Below, piece by piece: positions 26,955 to 35,201 of a stretch of 43,391 nt of DNA (position 1 is its first letter; every line of letters starts with the position of its first letter). The position numbers and the translations under genes are program-made. A model generated the notes under the pieces. The model saw only the letters and a list, made by a program, of their open reading frames with translations, was not told the DNA's origin and searched no databases. The DNA comes from Nitriliruptoraceae bacterium (GTDB lineage: Bacteria > Actinomycetota > Nitriliruptoria > Nitriliruptorales > Nitriliruptoraceae), in contig JBBDVU010000031.1 in assembly GCA_040903225.1 (NCBI GenBank), positions 1-43,391 on the forward strand, written 5' to 3'.

Positions 26955-28163
26955 GTGAACGGGCGTCGCGTCAGCTTGGCGCTGACGATCGGTATCGCGG
27001 TTGTGCTCGTCAACGGATTGGCAGCCACGCCGGCGCACGCGCACACGCGGACCGCGGAAACGACCAATCTTGCCAGTGTCGTCACCAACGCGCCTGAACT
27101 CGAGGGTGTCACCTTCACGGTCTATACCGGGGGCTTTCTTATTGGGCTCACGAACGCGACGGATCGCGACATCATCGTGGCCGGATACGACGGTGAGCCG
27201 TACCTGCGCATCGGGCCCGACGGTGCGTTCGAGAACCGGCACTCGGCCGCGACCTATCTCAACCGGGAGCGTTACGGTGATGTGGCGGTCCCACCGCGTG
27301 TCGACCCTGCGAGCGACCCAGACTGGATCCGGGTCAGTGCACAACCATCGTGGGTGTGGCACGACCACCGCACCCATTGGATGTCACCGCAGCCACCGCG
27401 TTTCGTTGAAGCGTCGGTGGTGACCCGCCTGCTGATGCGTGCACGGCTCGTGGGGCCGATCGGATCGGGCGGAGAGCAACAGGGTGCGTTTCAGGAGTGG
27501 CAGATCCCGTTCGAGCACGATCAACATGCCTATGTCATTAGCGGCGAGTTGCGCTGGATCGACGCGCCACCAGTATGGCCGTGGTACCTGCTGGCAGCAG
27601 CGTTTGTTGCGATGATGTTGGGTGTGAACCGTGCGGTGTCCCGCCATGAGATGATCGGGCCCCAGCGATGGTTGAACCCGCTCGCCAACCTCGTCGTGGC
27701 GGTGGCTGTCGTAAACGCCATTCACCTAGTTGATGATCTGGCAGCATGGCCTGGCGACCTGCTCGACGAACTATTTGGCCTGCTGCACACGCTGCTGTTT
27801 CTCACCGCTGGCCTGGTCGGCGCGTTCTGGGCCCGTTATGCCCGTGACGGGCGGGTTTTGGCACTCGGCATCGCCTCTGGTGCCCTGGTGTATCACCAGG
27901 GTCTGGTGCACCTGCCGATGCTGTACGCATCACAGTTTCCAACACTGTGGCCACCCGAGCTCGTTCGATTCAGTGTTGCACTGGGACTCATGCAAGCCGT
28001 GCCTGTGGCATGGTTTGTCATTGGCCACCTGCGCAGCCACCGTTCCGATGCCAACAACGGCCTGCAGGCAGATGTGAGCCAGCCGACGGTGCCGGTGGCG
28101 TCGAAAGCGGACCAGCCGCACATCAACTTGGATAGTAACATTAAGTATGGTACAAAACGTTAG
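26955..28163 (+). CDS. Exported His-rich domain fused to a polytopic membrane domain; function unknown (candidate copper-handling or assembly factor)
   Basis: GTG 26955 lies 4 nt after the ctaB stop. Signal peptide ends ...ATPAHA, followed by HTRT. Motif WVWHDHRTHWM (nt 27357-27383). Five or six C-terminal TM helices. Confidence 0.6.
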   Translation: MNGRRVSLALTIGIAVVLVNGLAATPAHAHTRTAETTNLASVVTNAPELEGVTFTVYTGGFLIGLTNATDRDIIVAGYDGEPYLRIGPDGAFENRHSAATYLNRERYGDVAVPPRVDPASDPDWIRVSAQPSWVWHDHRTHWMSPQPPRFVEASVVTRLLMRARLVGPIGSGGEQQGAFQEWQIPFEHDQHAYVISGELRWIDAPPVWPWYLLAAAFVAMMLGVNRAVSRHEMIGPQRWLNPLANLVVAVAVVNAIHLVDDLAAWPGDLLDELFGLLHTLLFLTAGLVGAFWARYARDGRVLALGIASGALVYHQGLVHLPMLYASQFPTLWPPELVRFSVALGLMQAVPVAWFVIGHLRSHRSDANNGLQADVSQPTVPVASKADQPHINLDSNIKYGTKR

Positions 28164-28166
28164 TAT
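28134..28166. promoter_or_regulatory. AT-rich quasi-palindromic operator candidate (site 2), upstream of the second cupredoxin gene
   Basis: AGTAACATTAAGTATGGTACAAAACGTTAGTAT. Inverted half-sites are TAACATT (28136-28142) and AACGTTA (28156-28162), with an inner GTAnnnTAC. Overlaps the last codons of the upstream gene and lies about 70-95 nt before ATG 28231. Confidence 0.55.
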
Positions 28167-28230
28167 CAGCGCTACAACGCCATCACATCAGGTGGTGATC
28201 AGCGCCACGGATTCGCAAAGGAGAATATTC

Positions 28231-28596
28231 ATGCGCACGTCCAGAGTCCTCGTGATCGCGATCGCCGCTGTGGTGATCGCCGCGTGTGGAGGGGGTGACG
28301 ATGCGCCCGCCGCAGCCCCTGCGAGCGGCGCCATCAGTGTCGAAGCCGGCGACTTGTACTACGAACCGACGAGCCTGACTGCTGCGGCAGGTGAGATTCA
28401 GATCACCATCGAGAACACCGGCGCGGTCGAACACGATGTCGTCATCGAAGAAGCGGGTGACGTAGAGGTCGTCCATGCAGAGGCCGGAGAAACCGTAACT
28501 GGCACCGTCACGCTCGAAGCAGGCACCTACACGTTCTACTGCGCGATTCCAGGCCACCGTGCTGCCGGCATGGAGGGGACGCTCACCGTCCAATGA
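28231..28596 (+). CDS. Lipoprotein cupredoxin (type 1 blue copper protein), paralogue of 21814..22209
   Basis: AAGGAG Shine-Dalgarno sequence upstream of the ATG. Signal plus lipobox (VVIAAC). Cu ligands: H (VEHDV) ... CAIPGHRAAGM. Confidence 0.8.
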   Translation: MRTSRVLVIAIAAVVIAACGGGDDAPAAAPASGAISVEAGDLYYEPTSLTAAAGEIQITIENTGAVEHDVVIEEAGDVEVVHAEAGETVTGTVTLEAGTYTFYCAIPGHRAAGMEGTLTVQ

Positions 28597-28663
28597 TGGC
28601 GGCTAACACTTGAACCGTCACACCGGGTCGGTGACCAGCACCGGCCCGGATGAGGGGCCCAAC

Positions 28664-29407
28664 ATGACTACCACGGTGAACACGCGTTCGGCTCCCAGCC
28701 CCGCGACGGTCCATCGCGCGCTCGCAAGCCCCGTGCGTGGACGCATCATCGACACGCTCGTCGACTCGTCACCGTGCGACATTCAGGAGTTGGCGGCAGC
28801 GATGGGCTTGCACCCCAACACCATTCGTAGTCACCTGGTAATTCTGGAAGAAGCCGCGTTGGTCGACTACACGCACGCTGCACCGGCCGGTAGAGGCCGC
28901 CCACGCCGCCTCTACCGCGCGATGGCTGCCCGTTGGACCGAGGATGGCGCCTTCGGCTACGAACTGCTCGCGTCGATCCTCGCTGGTGTCGTGGCATCCG
29001 AGTCGAGCGATCCAAGCCGGCCGACCGAACAACGTGCGGCCGAGTGGGGCCGTCGCCTCGTTCAAGAACACCGGATCACGCCTGGCCCGCCCGCTTCTAC
29101 GGCGCGTGCGCTCGATCACGTCACCGTGATGCTGGATCGACTGGGTTTCGAACCAGAGGTCGACCTTGCCGCGCACGGCGGCCCAACACTGCGTCTGTAT
29201 CAGTGCCCATTCCGGACCGTCGCTCGCGACAACCCCAGAGTCGCCTGTGCGGTCCACCTCGGGTTGACGCGAGGTGCGCTCGAAGCTCTTGGCGGGGGGT
29301 TGCAGATCCGTCGCTTTGAACCGCACCTTGGCGCCGGCCCATGCGTGACCATGTTCGGTACCCGAAGGTCCGCGCCAAGTAACGGTGTGGCCGGCGAGGC
29401 GCGCTGA
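28664..29407 (+). CDS. ArsR-type winged-HTH regulator with extended C-terminal Cys/His-containing domain
   Basis: HRALASPVRGRIIDTL...IQELAAAMGLHPNTIRSHLVILEEAALV is an ArsR/SmtB-type HTH. The C-terminal domain carries CPF...ACAVHLG...GPC. An earlier start (28610) is possible. Confidence 0.75.
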   Translation: MTTTVNTRSAPSPATVHRALASPVRGRIIDTLVDSSPCDIQELAAAMGLHPNTIRSHLVILEEAALVDYTHAAPAGRGRPRRLYRAMAARWTEDGAFGYELLASILAGVVASESSDPSRPTEQRAAEWGRRLVQEHRITPGPPASTARALDHVTVMLDRLGFEPEVDLAAHGGPTLRLYQCPFRTVARDNPRVACAVHLGLTRGALEALGGGLQIRRFEPHLGAGPCVTMFGTRRSAPSNGVAGEAR

Positions 29408-29408
29408 C

Positions 29409-30686
29409 ATGCCGGACCGCTCTTCGCGGGTGCCGCTTGGGGCTTCACCGTTCGGGCACGCCGCCCCGTCGATCATTCTGGCAGTCCTGTTTATGGCGGC
29501 AACGATCGTCTGGGCGGTCGTTGACGTCCTGCCAGGCGGCAGGTGGTTCGCGGTTCACCTGTTCACTCTGGGGGTATTGACCAACGCCGTACTCACGTTC
29601 AGTGATCATTTTTCCCGCACACTCACCCGTTGGCCCGGCGAACGGGCATGGTGGTGGCCGCTACCGATTAACGGTGCCATTGTGACGATGCTCGTCGGGA
29701 TGCAACTCGCCGGGCGGTGGGTGTTCGCCATCGGCGCGACCGGGGTGCTCACTGTCGTGTTGATGTCGTACTGGCGCATCAGGACGATGCGAAAGCGCGC
29801 ACTCGGCCCCCGGTTCGGTTGGGTCGTGCGGATGTATGAACGCGCTCATGGCGCGTTTGTCCACGGTGCACTGCTTGGCATCCTGTTGGGCATCGGTGTG
29901 GTTGCTGGTCCGTGGTATGGGACCGCCCGGCTGGCGCATCTGCACATCAACATCTTCGGCTGGGGCGGTTTGACGCTGCTGGCAACGCTCGTCTTCTTCG
30001 GGCCGTCGATGGCACGTACGCGCATCGAACCCGGCGCTGACGCCCGGGCTGCCAAGGCGCTTCGCATTGGCGCTACGGCATTGACGGTTGCCGTCGTCGC
30101 ACTGTTATTGTCAGCATTCGCAGGAACAGCTGGTGTCGTATTCCGGCTGCTGGCCGCACTGATGTTCGCCGGCTTCGGCTGGGCCGTACTTGTCGTCTGC
30201 ATACCGCTGGTACGAGCGGTATGCAGCGCACGGCGGAGCGCACAGCAGCCACTGATCGTGGCAGTGGCATTCTGGTTCGGTGGCGCCGCGATCGCCGACG
30301 TCGTCGTGATAGCCACGGCGCAGTGGGCGTGGCTCGATGCGATCGGTGCCATGATGCTCGCCGGTGTACTTGCTCAGGCGATTCTTGCCACCCTCATCTA
30401 TCTCACCCCGATGCTGCGCGGGCGCACCGCGCAGGCACGCGACATCATGCGTGACCGACTCGACCGGGCTGCCCTGGTGCGGGCGGTCGCGTTCAATGCT
30501 GGGGTCGTCGCACTCGTGCTGGCAGCGGTTCCCAACGGCGTTGCCGCCGCCACCGTGGCAGGATGGCTGCTGGTGGCCACAACGATCACCACCACCGGGG
30601 CGATCGCGCTCAGCCCGCTCAAGGCGGTCGACCGCCCGGTAGATGCGCCTGCAGCCGACCACCAGCCGTCGCGTCAGGACGCGTAA
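29409..30686 (+). CDS. Polytopic (about 10-12 TM) membrane protein with conserved-looking intramembrane His residues; function unknown
   Basis: ATG lies 1 nt after the ArsR stop (TGAcATG). Hydrophobic throughout. Motifs FAVHLFTLG and LAHLHINIFGWGG. Confidence 0.6.
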   Translation: MPDRSSRVPLGASPFGHAAPSIILAVLFMAATIVWAVVDVLPGGRWFAVHLFTLGVLTNAVLTFSDHFSRTLTRWPGERAWWWPLPINGAIVTMLVGMQLAGRWVFAIGATGVLTVVLMSYWRIRTMRKRALGPRFGWVVRMYERAHGAFVHGALLGILLGIGVVAGPWYGTARLAHLHINIFGWGGLTLLATLVFFGPSMARTRIEPGADARAAKALRIGATALTVAVVALLLSAFAGTAGVVFRLLAALMFAGFGWAVLVVCIPLVRAVCSARRSAQQPLIVAVAFWFGGAAIADVVVIATAQWAWLDAIGAMMLAGVLAQAILATLIYLTPMLRGRTAQARDIMRDRLDRAALVRAVAFNAGVVALVLAAVPNGVAAATVAGWLLVATTITTTGAIALSPLKAVDRPVDAPAADHQPSRQDA

Positions 30687-30833
30687 CCCCGGCCGCCTCC
30701 CGGCTGACATACCAATCTCGCTCTGCCAACGGGGCACGGCGAACGCAGGTGTCCATGCTGCCATTGCACGTACGCTGTTTGCGCCTTTCAATGACTATTT
30801 GCAGCGCTATCTGACGGGGGCAAGGCAGAATCC

Positions 30834-32555
30834 GTGTCGACGCAAGCCAATCAGCTCCGGCCACCTGTTGGCAAGCCGGCTATACCGACGACTCCTGGCG
30901 GTGCTGTGCACCGCAGGTCGCGCCGACTTGCCGCAGCAGCGATCAGCGCGGTTGTTCCCGGATCGGGTCATCTGCTCATTGGCAAATGGAAGAGCGGTGC
31001 GGCATACATCACGGTGACGTTGGGCGTGACTGCGATGGCCTACTGGCTGTTGCTGCGTTCACCGGCCACGGTGGTGGGGTGGCTGGTCCAGCCGATGGTC
31101 ATCGCGGGATTGATCGTTGCCAACGTTGTCGTACTGGTAGCTCGACTGGGTATCGCCATCGATGCCTATCGCCGACCTGCTGACACGCGATCACGACAGC
31201 TGGCGACGGCCGCTACAACCGCACCGACGGCAGGTGATCTTGCGGTTTGGGACCGGATTCGACGCGCGATCGTGTCGGTAGCCGTCGGTCTCACTCTTGC
31301 CGTGATTTTGGCGGCTGTTGCCGCTCCACATGTTGGTGCCGGCTACTACCTCGCGCGCACCCAGTCGATGATCGCATCGGTGTTCGTCAACGAACCCGCA
31401 GGAAGCAGTGCGCAGTTTCGTGTTGCGGCACTACTCGGCATCGGTGAGCCTGACCGCGTCGGACGCACGGTGGCGGGCGGACCACTGCCAAAAGTGATCG
31501 ATGATGATGAACAGGACCACGATGCCGGCGAATCGTCAGACACCACCGACGGTGATGGCGACGGAGACAGCGAAGCTGGCGAATCAACTGATGAGGAACT
31601 CGAGGCGCTCAACGACTATCTGGCAGGCGCCGTCGATCTGCCGGTCAACCCGTGGGTTGATTCAGGACGCCTAACTGTTGCAGTCATCGGTGTCGATGCG
31701 GGACCGGGCAGATTTAGCGCCCGATCCGACGCGATGCTGATCATCTCGGTCGATGCGCGGACCGGGGATGCCGCCGTCTTTTCCATCGATCGGTACATGC
31801 GGCATTTTCCCGTACCCGACCGGTGGCAATCGTTGCACGAGGAAACCTGCGAGACCGGCGGGTCGTGGGACTATCTCAACGCCGTCTACACGTGCGCTAC
31901 ACGACGGGCGCCAGACGAGTTCGCCGAGCTGTATCCGGGTACTGCCGATCCGGCAGCCGCCGCAGTCACCGAAGTGTTAGCGCTGATGACGGGAGTGGAC
32001 ATTCCGCACTACGCGCTGGTTGACATGGAGGGTTTTGTCCGCGTCGTCGACGCGCTCGGAGGGGTTGACGTTAATGTTGCGACCGACATTACGGTGAGAA
32101 TTTCGCCTGCGCATGACGGAACGGATTGGCGAACGTTCCACATTCCCGCCGGAGTGCAGCGCCTCGACGGCGAGACTGCCCTCGCGTACGTCCGTATGCG
32201 TGATCCGGGCGACGCCGGTCGCATGCGTCGACAGCGGTGCCTCGTTTCCAGCCTTGCGCAACGGGCCGATTTGCCGACTGTGCTGGCGCGATTCGGTGCA
32301 CTGACCACCGCCGTCGAACAACACGTCACCACCAACATTGCCGTTTCAGCGCTACCGGACCTGTTGCAGGTACTCGCCCGCGTCGAACCGGATCGGCTGG
32401 TAGGTGTCGGTTTCGGCCCGCCGACCTACCGCGGCGCGCGACACGCTCCAGAGATTGACCTGATTCACGCGCGTGTACGCCAGGTCCTTGACGATCCCGC
32501 TGCCGCAATCGAAGCTGGCAGTACCACCGAAGCCGCCGACCAGATTTGTCGGTGA
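30834..32555 (+). CDS. LytR-CpsA-Psr (LCP) family cell-envelope phosphotransferase with N-terminal TM region and acidic linker
   Basis: LCP core strings: VIGVDAGPGRFSARSDAMLIISVD, YALVDMEGFVRVVDALGGVDVNV, LDGETALAYVRMRD. Acidic low-complexity tract: DDDEQDHDAGESSDTTDGDGDGDSEAGESTDEE. Confidence 0.85.
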   Translation: MSTQANQLRPPVGKPAIPTTPGGAVHRRSRRLAAAAISAVVPGSGHLLIGKWKSGAAYITVTLGVTAMAYWLLLRSPATVVGWLVQPMVIAGLIVANVVVLVARLGIAIDAYRRPADTRSRQLATAATTAPTAGDLAVWDRIRRAIVSVAVGLTLAVILAAVAAPHVGAGYYLARTQSMIASVFVNEPAGSSAQFRVAALLGIGEPDRVGRTVAGGPLPKVIDDDEQDHDAGESSDTTDGDGDGDSEAGESTDEELEALNDYLAGAVDLPVNPWVDSGRLTVAVIGVDAGPGRFSARSDAMLIISVDARTGDAAVFSIDRYMRHFPVPDRWQSLHEETCETGGSWDYLNAVYTCATRRAPDEFAELYPGTADPAAAAVTEVLALMTGVDIPHYALVDMEGFVRVVDALGGVDVNVATDITVRISPAHDGTDWRTFHIPAGVQRLDGETALAYVRMRDPGDAGRMRRQRCLVSSLAQRADLPTVLARFGALTTAVEQHVTTNIAVSALPDLLQVLARVEPDRLVGVGFGPPTYRGARHAPEIDLIHARVRQVLDDPAAAIEAGSTTEAADQICR

Positions 32556-32583
32556 TCAGCGCGGTACGGCAATTTTCGGCCGC

Positions 32584-33438
32584 ATGCGGCGGGTGCCAAC
32601 CGTCCACCAACCATCCCACCTACAGGACGCGCTTGTGAGCGGGCCGATCGCTTCATTTGACGAAAAATGCGAAAACGACACGTTCGTTCGTGCGGAAGCA
32701 CGCGAAGGGCGTCGAGCTGAAGTTGGCGGGCTGCCGGTGGCGCGGGTCTTGCCGACGAAAGGGCGCCGGACGGTTGGCGCCTGGTGCTTTGTCGACCTGG
32801 CAGGTCCTGCTGACGCCGAAGAACCGGACCCGTTGGAAGTGGGACCGCATCCGCACATCGGGCTCGCGACCGTCACCTGGTTACTAGAAGGCGAAGCGTT
32901 GCACTCGGATTCGCTCGGCACCGAACAGGTCATCCGGCCAGGCCAGCTCAATCTGATGGCGGCCGGGCACGGGATCGCACACGCTGAGCTTGCCGCCCAA
33001 CCCCCGTTCCGCGCAGTGCAGATGTGGATCGCACAGCCACAAGAGACCCGCCATGGGGATTCGTGGTTCGAACACCACGGCGAGCTACCGCAGTTTGACC
33101 TGCCGAACGGGTCCGGCATGGTGCTTGTCGGTTCCGCCGGTGGCGTGTCGTCACCGGCAACTACTGACACGCCGCTGGTTGGTATCGACCTGCAGTTGCG
33201 GCGCGGTGTCGCAGAAGTCGACGCCACCGCGTCGTTCGAGTACGCCGTTGTGCCCCTCGACGGAACAATCAAGGTGGGGGACGACATCGTCGAGCCAGGT
33301 TGGATCGGGCTGATTCCGTGTGGCTACCAGTCACTGCCGATCGAGGCGGCGAGCGCATCGAAGCGCCACGGCCACCGTGGATGCCTGCCGAGTAGACGCC
33401 GCAGCATGCAAAACTGCCCGCGCATCACAATCATCTGA
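32584..33438 (+). CDS. Pirin-family bicupin protein
   Basis: Pirin N-cupin metal site GPHPHIGLATVTWLLEGE ... AAGHGIAHAE. Start is uncertain (ATG 32584 or GTG 32635). The track ORF's 5' extension overlaps the LCP gene. Confidence 0.8.
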   Translation: MRRVPTVHQPSHLQDALVSGPIASFDEKCENDTFVRAEAREGRRAEVGGLPVARVLPTKGRRTVGAWCFVDLAGPADAEEPDPLEVGPHPHIGLATVTWLLEGEALHSDSLGTEQVIRPGQLNLMAAGHGIAHAELAAQPPFRAVQMWIAQPQETRHGDSWFEHHGELPQFDLPNGSGMVLVGSAGGVSSPATTDTPLVGIDLQLRRGVAEVDATASFEYAVVPLDGTIKVGDDIVEPGWIGLIPCGYQSLPIEAASASKRHGHRGCLPSRRRSMQNCPRITII

Positions 33439-33449
33439 TGCGCGGGCAG
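33414..33449. terminator. Perfect 14-bp stem / 8-nt loop hairpin between convergent genes (bidirectional terminator candidate)
   Basis: CTGCCCGCGCATCA-caatcatc-TGATGCGCGGGCAG. The pirin stop codon (33436-33438) lies at the start of the 3' arm. No clear U-tract, as is common in high-GC actinobacteria. Confidence 0.6.
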
Positions 33450-33498
33450 TTGGCTTCTCGACGGCCGGACACCCAGTTAGTGACCCGGCCGTCGTCGA

Positions 33499-34965
33499 TC
33501 AGTGCTCGTGCTGTGCGTCGGACGGCGACTGCGGCATCTGGAACTCTGGCCGCGGGCGCGGGTCACGCGCCGGCAACTGTGCGTCGGCCAGCAGTTCGCA
33601 CACCTGTTCCACGTAGCCTTCCGCGCGCTGGACAGGCTCGCCAAACCGGCCCACCACTTGGTCCATCGTCTGTGCCACACTGTGGAACGACGCACTGAAC
33701 TCTTGGCGCAGCGCCGTGATCGCTTCGACTGTCCGCTGGAGCTCTTCGCGTTGCGAAGCGAGTTCCTTACGGAGCTTCGTGCGGTGCTGCTCGATGGCGG
33801 CTCGCAACTGCTCGTAACGGCGTTCGGCATCGCCGACGACCGTCTCGAAGTGCTGATTCGCCGCGTCGACCGTGTGACGCGCTTCGGCTTCAGCCTGTTC
33901 ACGTTCGGCCGTAGCGGCGGCTCGAGCCTCGGCACGCGTCGCCTGGGCCTCTTCGTTCGCTGCGGCGATCGTAGAGTTGGCCTGATCGTCCGCCTGGCGG
34001 ATCATGCGGTCAGCACGCTCTTCAGCGTCGGCCACCAGTGAAGTCGCCTTGGCGTCGGCATCCGACACCAGGCTCGTCGCCTTGGCTTCGGCGTCCGCAA
34101 CCAGCGTGGTCGCTTTGGCTTCGGCGTCCGCTACCGTCGACTGGGCACGCTCGTCGGCGTCCGATACCAGGCTCGTCGCCTTGGCTTCGGCATCCGAGAC
34201 GAGGGTGTCGGCGTTGGCCTGCGCATCGGTGACCAGGCGGTCTGCCGTAGCTTCGGCTTCGGCGACCTTGGCCTCGGCTTCCGAGATCAGCGTGTCTGCC
34301 TTGGCCTGGGCATCAGTCAGCAGCGTGTCGGATTTGGCCTGGGCATCAGACGTCAGCCGGTCGGCTTCTTCCTGGGCATCGTCGATCAGCTTGCGGGCGA
34401 CTTCCTGGGCGTCAGTCTTGAGGTTGTGCGCGCGCTCCTTGGCATCCTGGAGCGCCTGCTGAGCTTCGTCGCGCAACCGCTGGCCGGCCGCCTGCCCTTC
34501 ACGCCGGTAGGTCTCAGCCTCGGCCCGAATACCGTCGGCCTCTTTAGCGGCCGCATCCTTGACGGCTCCTGCACGTGCCTTGGCAGCGCGCAGCAGGTGC
34601 ATGGTCTCTTCTGAGGCAACTTCAAGCAGATCGGCGTCGTCGAGTTCGTGCAGCGCCGGGCGCTTGCTGACTTCAGCAAGCTGCTCTTGCAGCGTTTCGA
34701 CGGTCACTTCCAGTTCGTCGATCTGGGTCTCAACCTGTTCGACGTAGCTGTCCACGTCGGCGCGGCGATAACCCCGAACGGCGACGCGGAACAGTTCTCC
34801 TTCGCCCGACATGTCGGCGTGCTCTGCCGCGGTGCTCGGCCCTTCGGCGCTCGTCACCGCTTCGTCGGCAACCTGCGACGAGGAGTCGTCCACATGCTGG
34901 CTGACGTTGAGGTGTTCGTGCTCGGTGGATTCTTCCGGGCGTGTGTCACTCCCAGCTTTGCTCAT
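33499..34965 (-). CDS. DivIVA-domain protein with long hendecad-repeat coiled-coil/amphipathic region (paralogue 1)
   Basis: DivIVA N-domain (FRVAVRGYRRADVDSYVEQVETQIDELE). About 13 tandem 11-aa repeats (LVSDAEAKATS type). Conserved C-terminal domain is shared with 35876..37030. AGGGAG Shine-Dalgarno sequence 9 nt before ATG 34965; GTG 34974 is an alternative start. Confidence 0.8.
   Translation of the reverse strand: MSKAGSDTRPEESTEHEHLNVSQHVDDSSSQVADEAVTSAEGPSTAAEHADMSGEGELFRVAVRGYRRADVDSYVEQVETQIDELEVTVETLQEQLAEVSKRPALHELDDADLLEVASEETMHLLRAAKARAGAVKDAAAKEADGIRAEAETYRREGQAAGQRLRDEAQQALQDAKERAHNLKTDAQEVARKLIDDAQEEADRLTSDAQAKSDTLLTDAQAKADTLISEAEAKVAEAEATADRLVTDAQANADTLVSDAEAKATSLVSDADERAQSTVADAEAKATTLVADAEAKATSLVSDADAKATSLVADAEERADRMIRQADDQANSTIAAANEEAQATRAEARAAATAEREQAEAEARHTVDAANQHFETVVGDAERRYEQLRAAIEQHRTKLRKELASQREELQRTVEAITALRQEFSASFHSVAQTMDQVVGRFGEPVQRAEGYVEQVCELLADAQLPARDPRPRPEFQMPQSPSDAQHEH
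33955..34419 (-). repeat. In-frame 33-bp tandem repeat array (about 13 units) encoding 11-residue repeats
   Basis: Units such as gtcgccttggcttcggcgtccgcaaccagcgtg recur with 33-nt periodicity on the + strand. One 21-nt irregular unit is present. Confidence 0.8.
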
Positions 34966-35201
34966 TACGTCCACTCCCTAATCTGGCGTTTCTCGGTGTC
35001 TCGCACGATGGTCGGGCGAACGGTTGCCGGGAACGACTGAAAACCCTGCAACTCTGTCTGACTTGGGGCGCCGATATCGTCGCGGCCCCCGCACTTGCGG
35101 CATTCTGTCGCAACGCGGCGATCGGTACCTGGAAAGAATAGCCGTAACGGCACGCGAACGCAGCCACAATCTTGTGAACGGCGCGCACACGCGGTTGTTT
35201 G

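Noticed and set aside
30690-30833. Possible riboswitch (ydaO/c-di-AMP type) in the leader of the LCP gene, prompted by an ACGGGG string.
   Set aside because: Only that one short string matches. The other conserved blocks I remember for the motif (GGGGUGAAUC, CCCGAACCCG and so on) are absent.
32473-32583. 5' extension of the pirin ORF (track start 32473), which overlaps the end of the LCP gene by 83 nt.
   Set aside because: The extension has no similarity to pirin N-termini and overlaps a confident gene. Internal starts (ATG 32584 or GTG 32635) give a normal-length pirin.
33955-34419. Regular 33-nt periodic repeats that could superficially suggest a CRISPR-like or minisatellite array.
   Set aside because: The units are contiguous with no unique spacers. 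They are in frame and translate into 11-aa repeats of a DivIVA-domain protein, and no cas genes are present.
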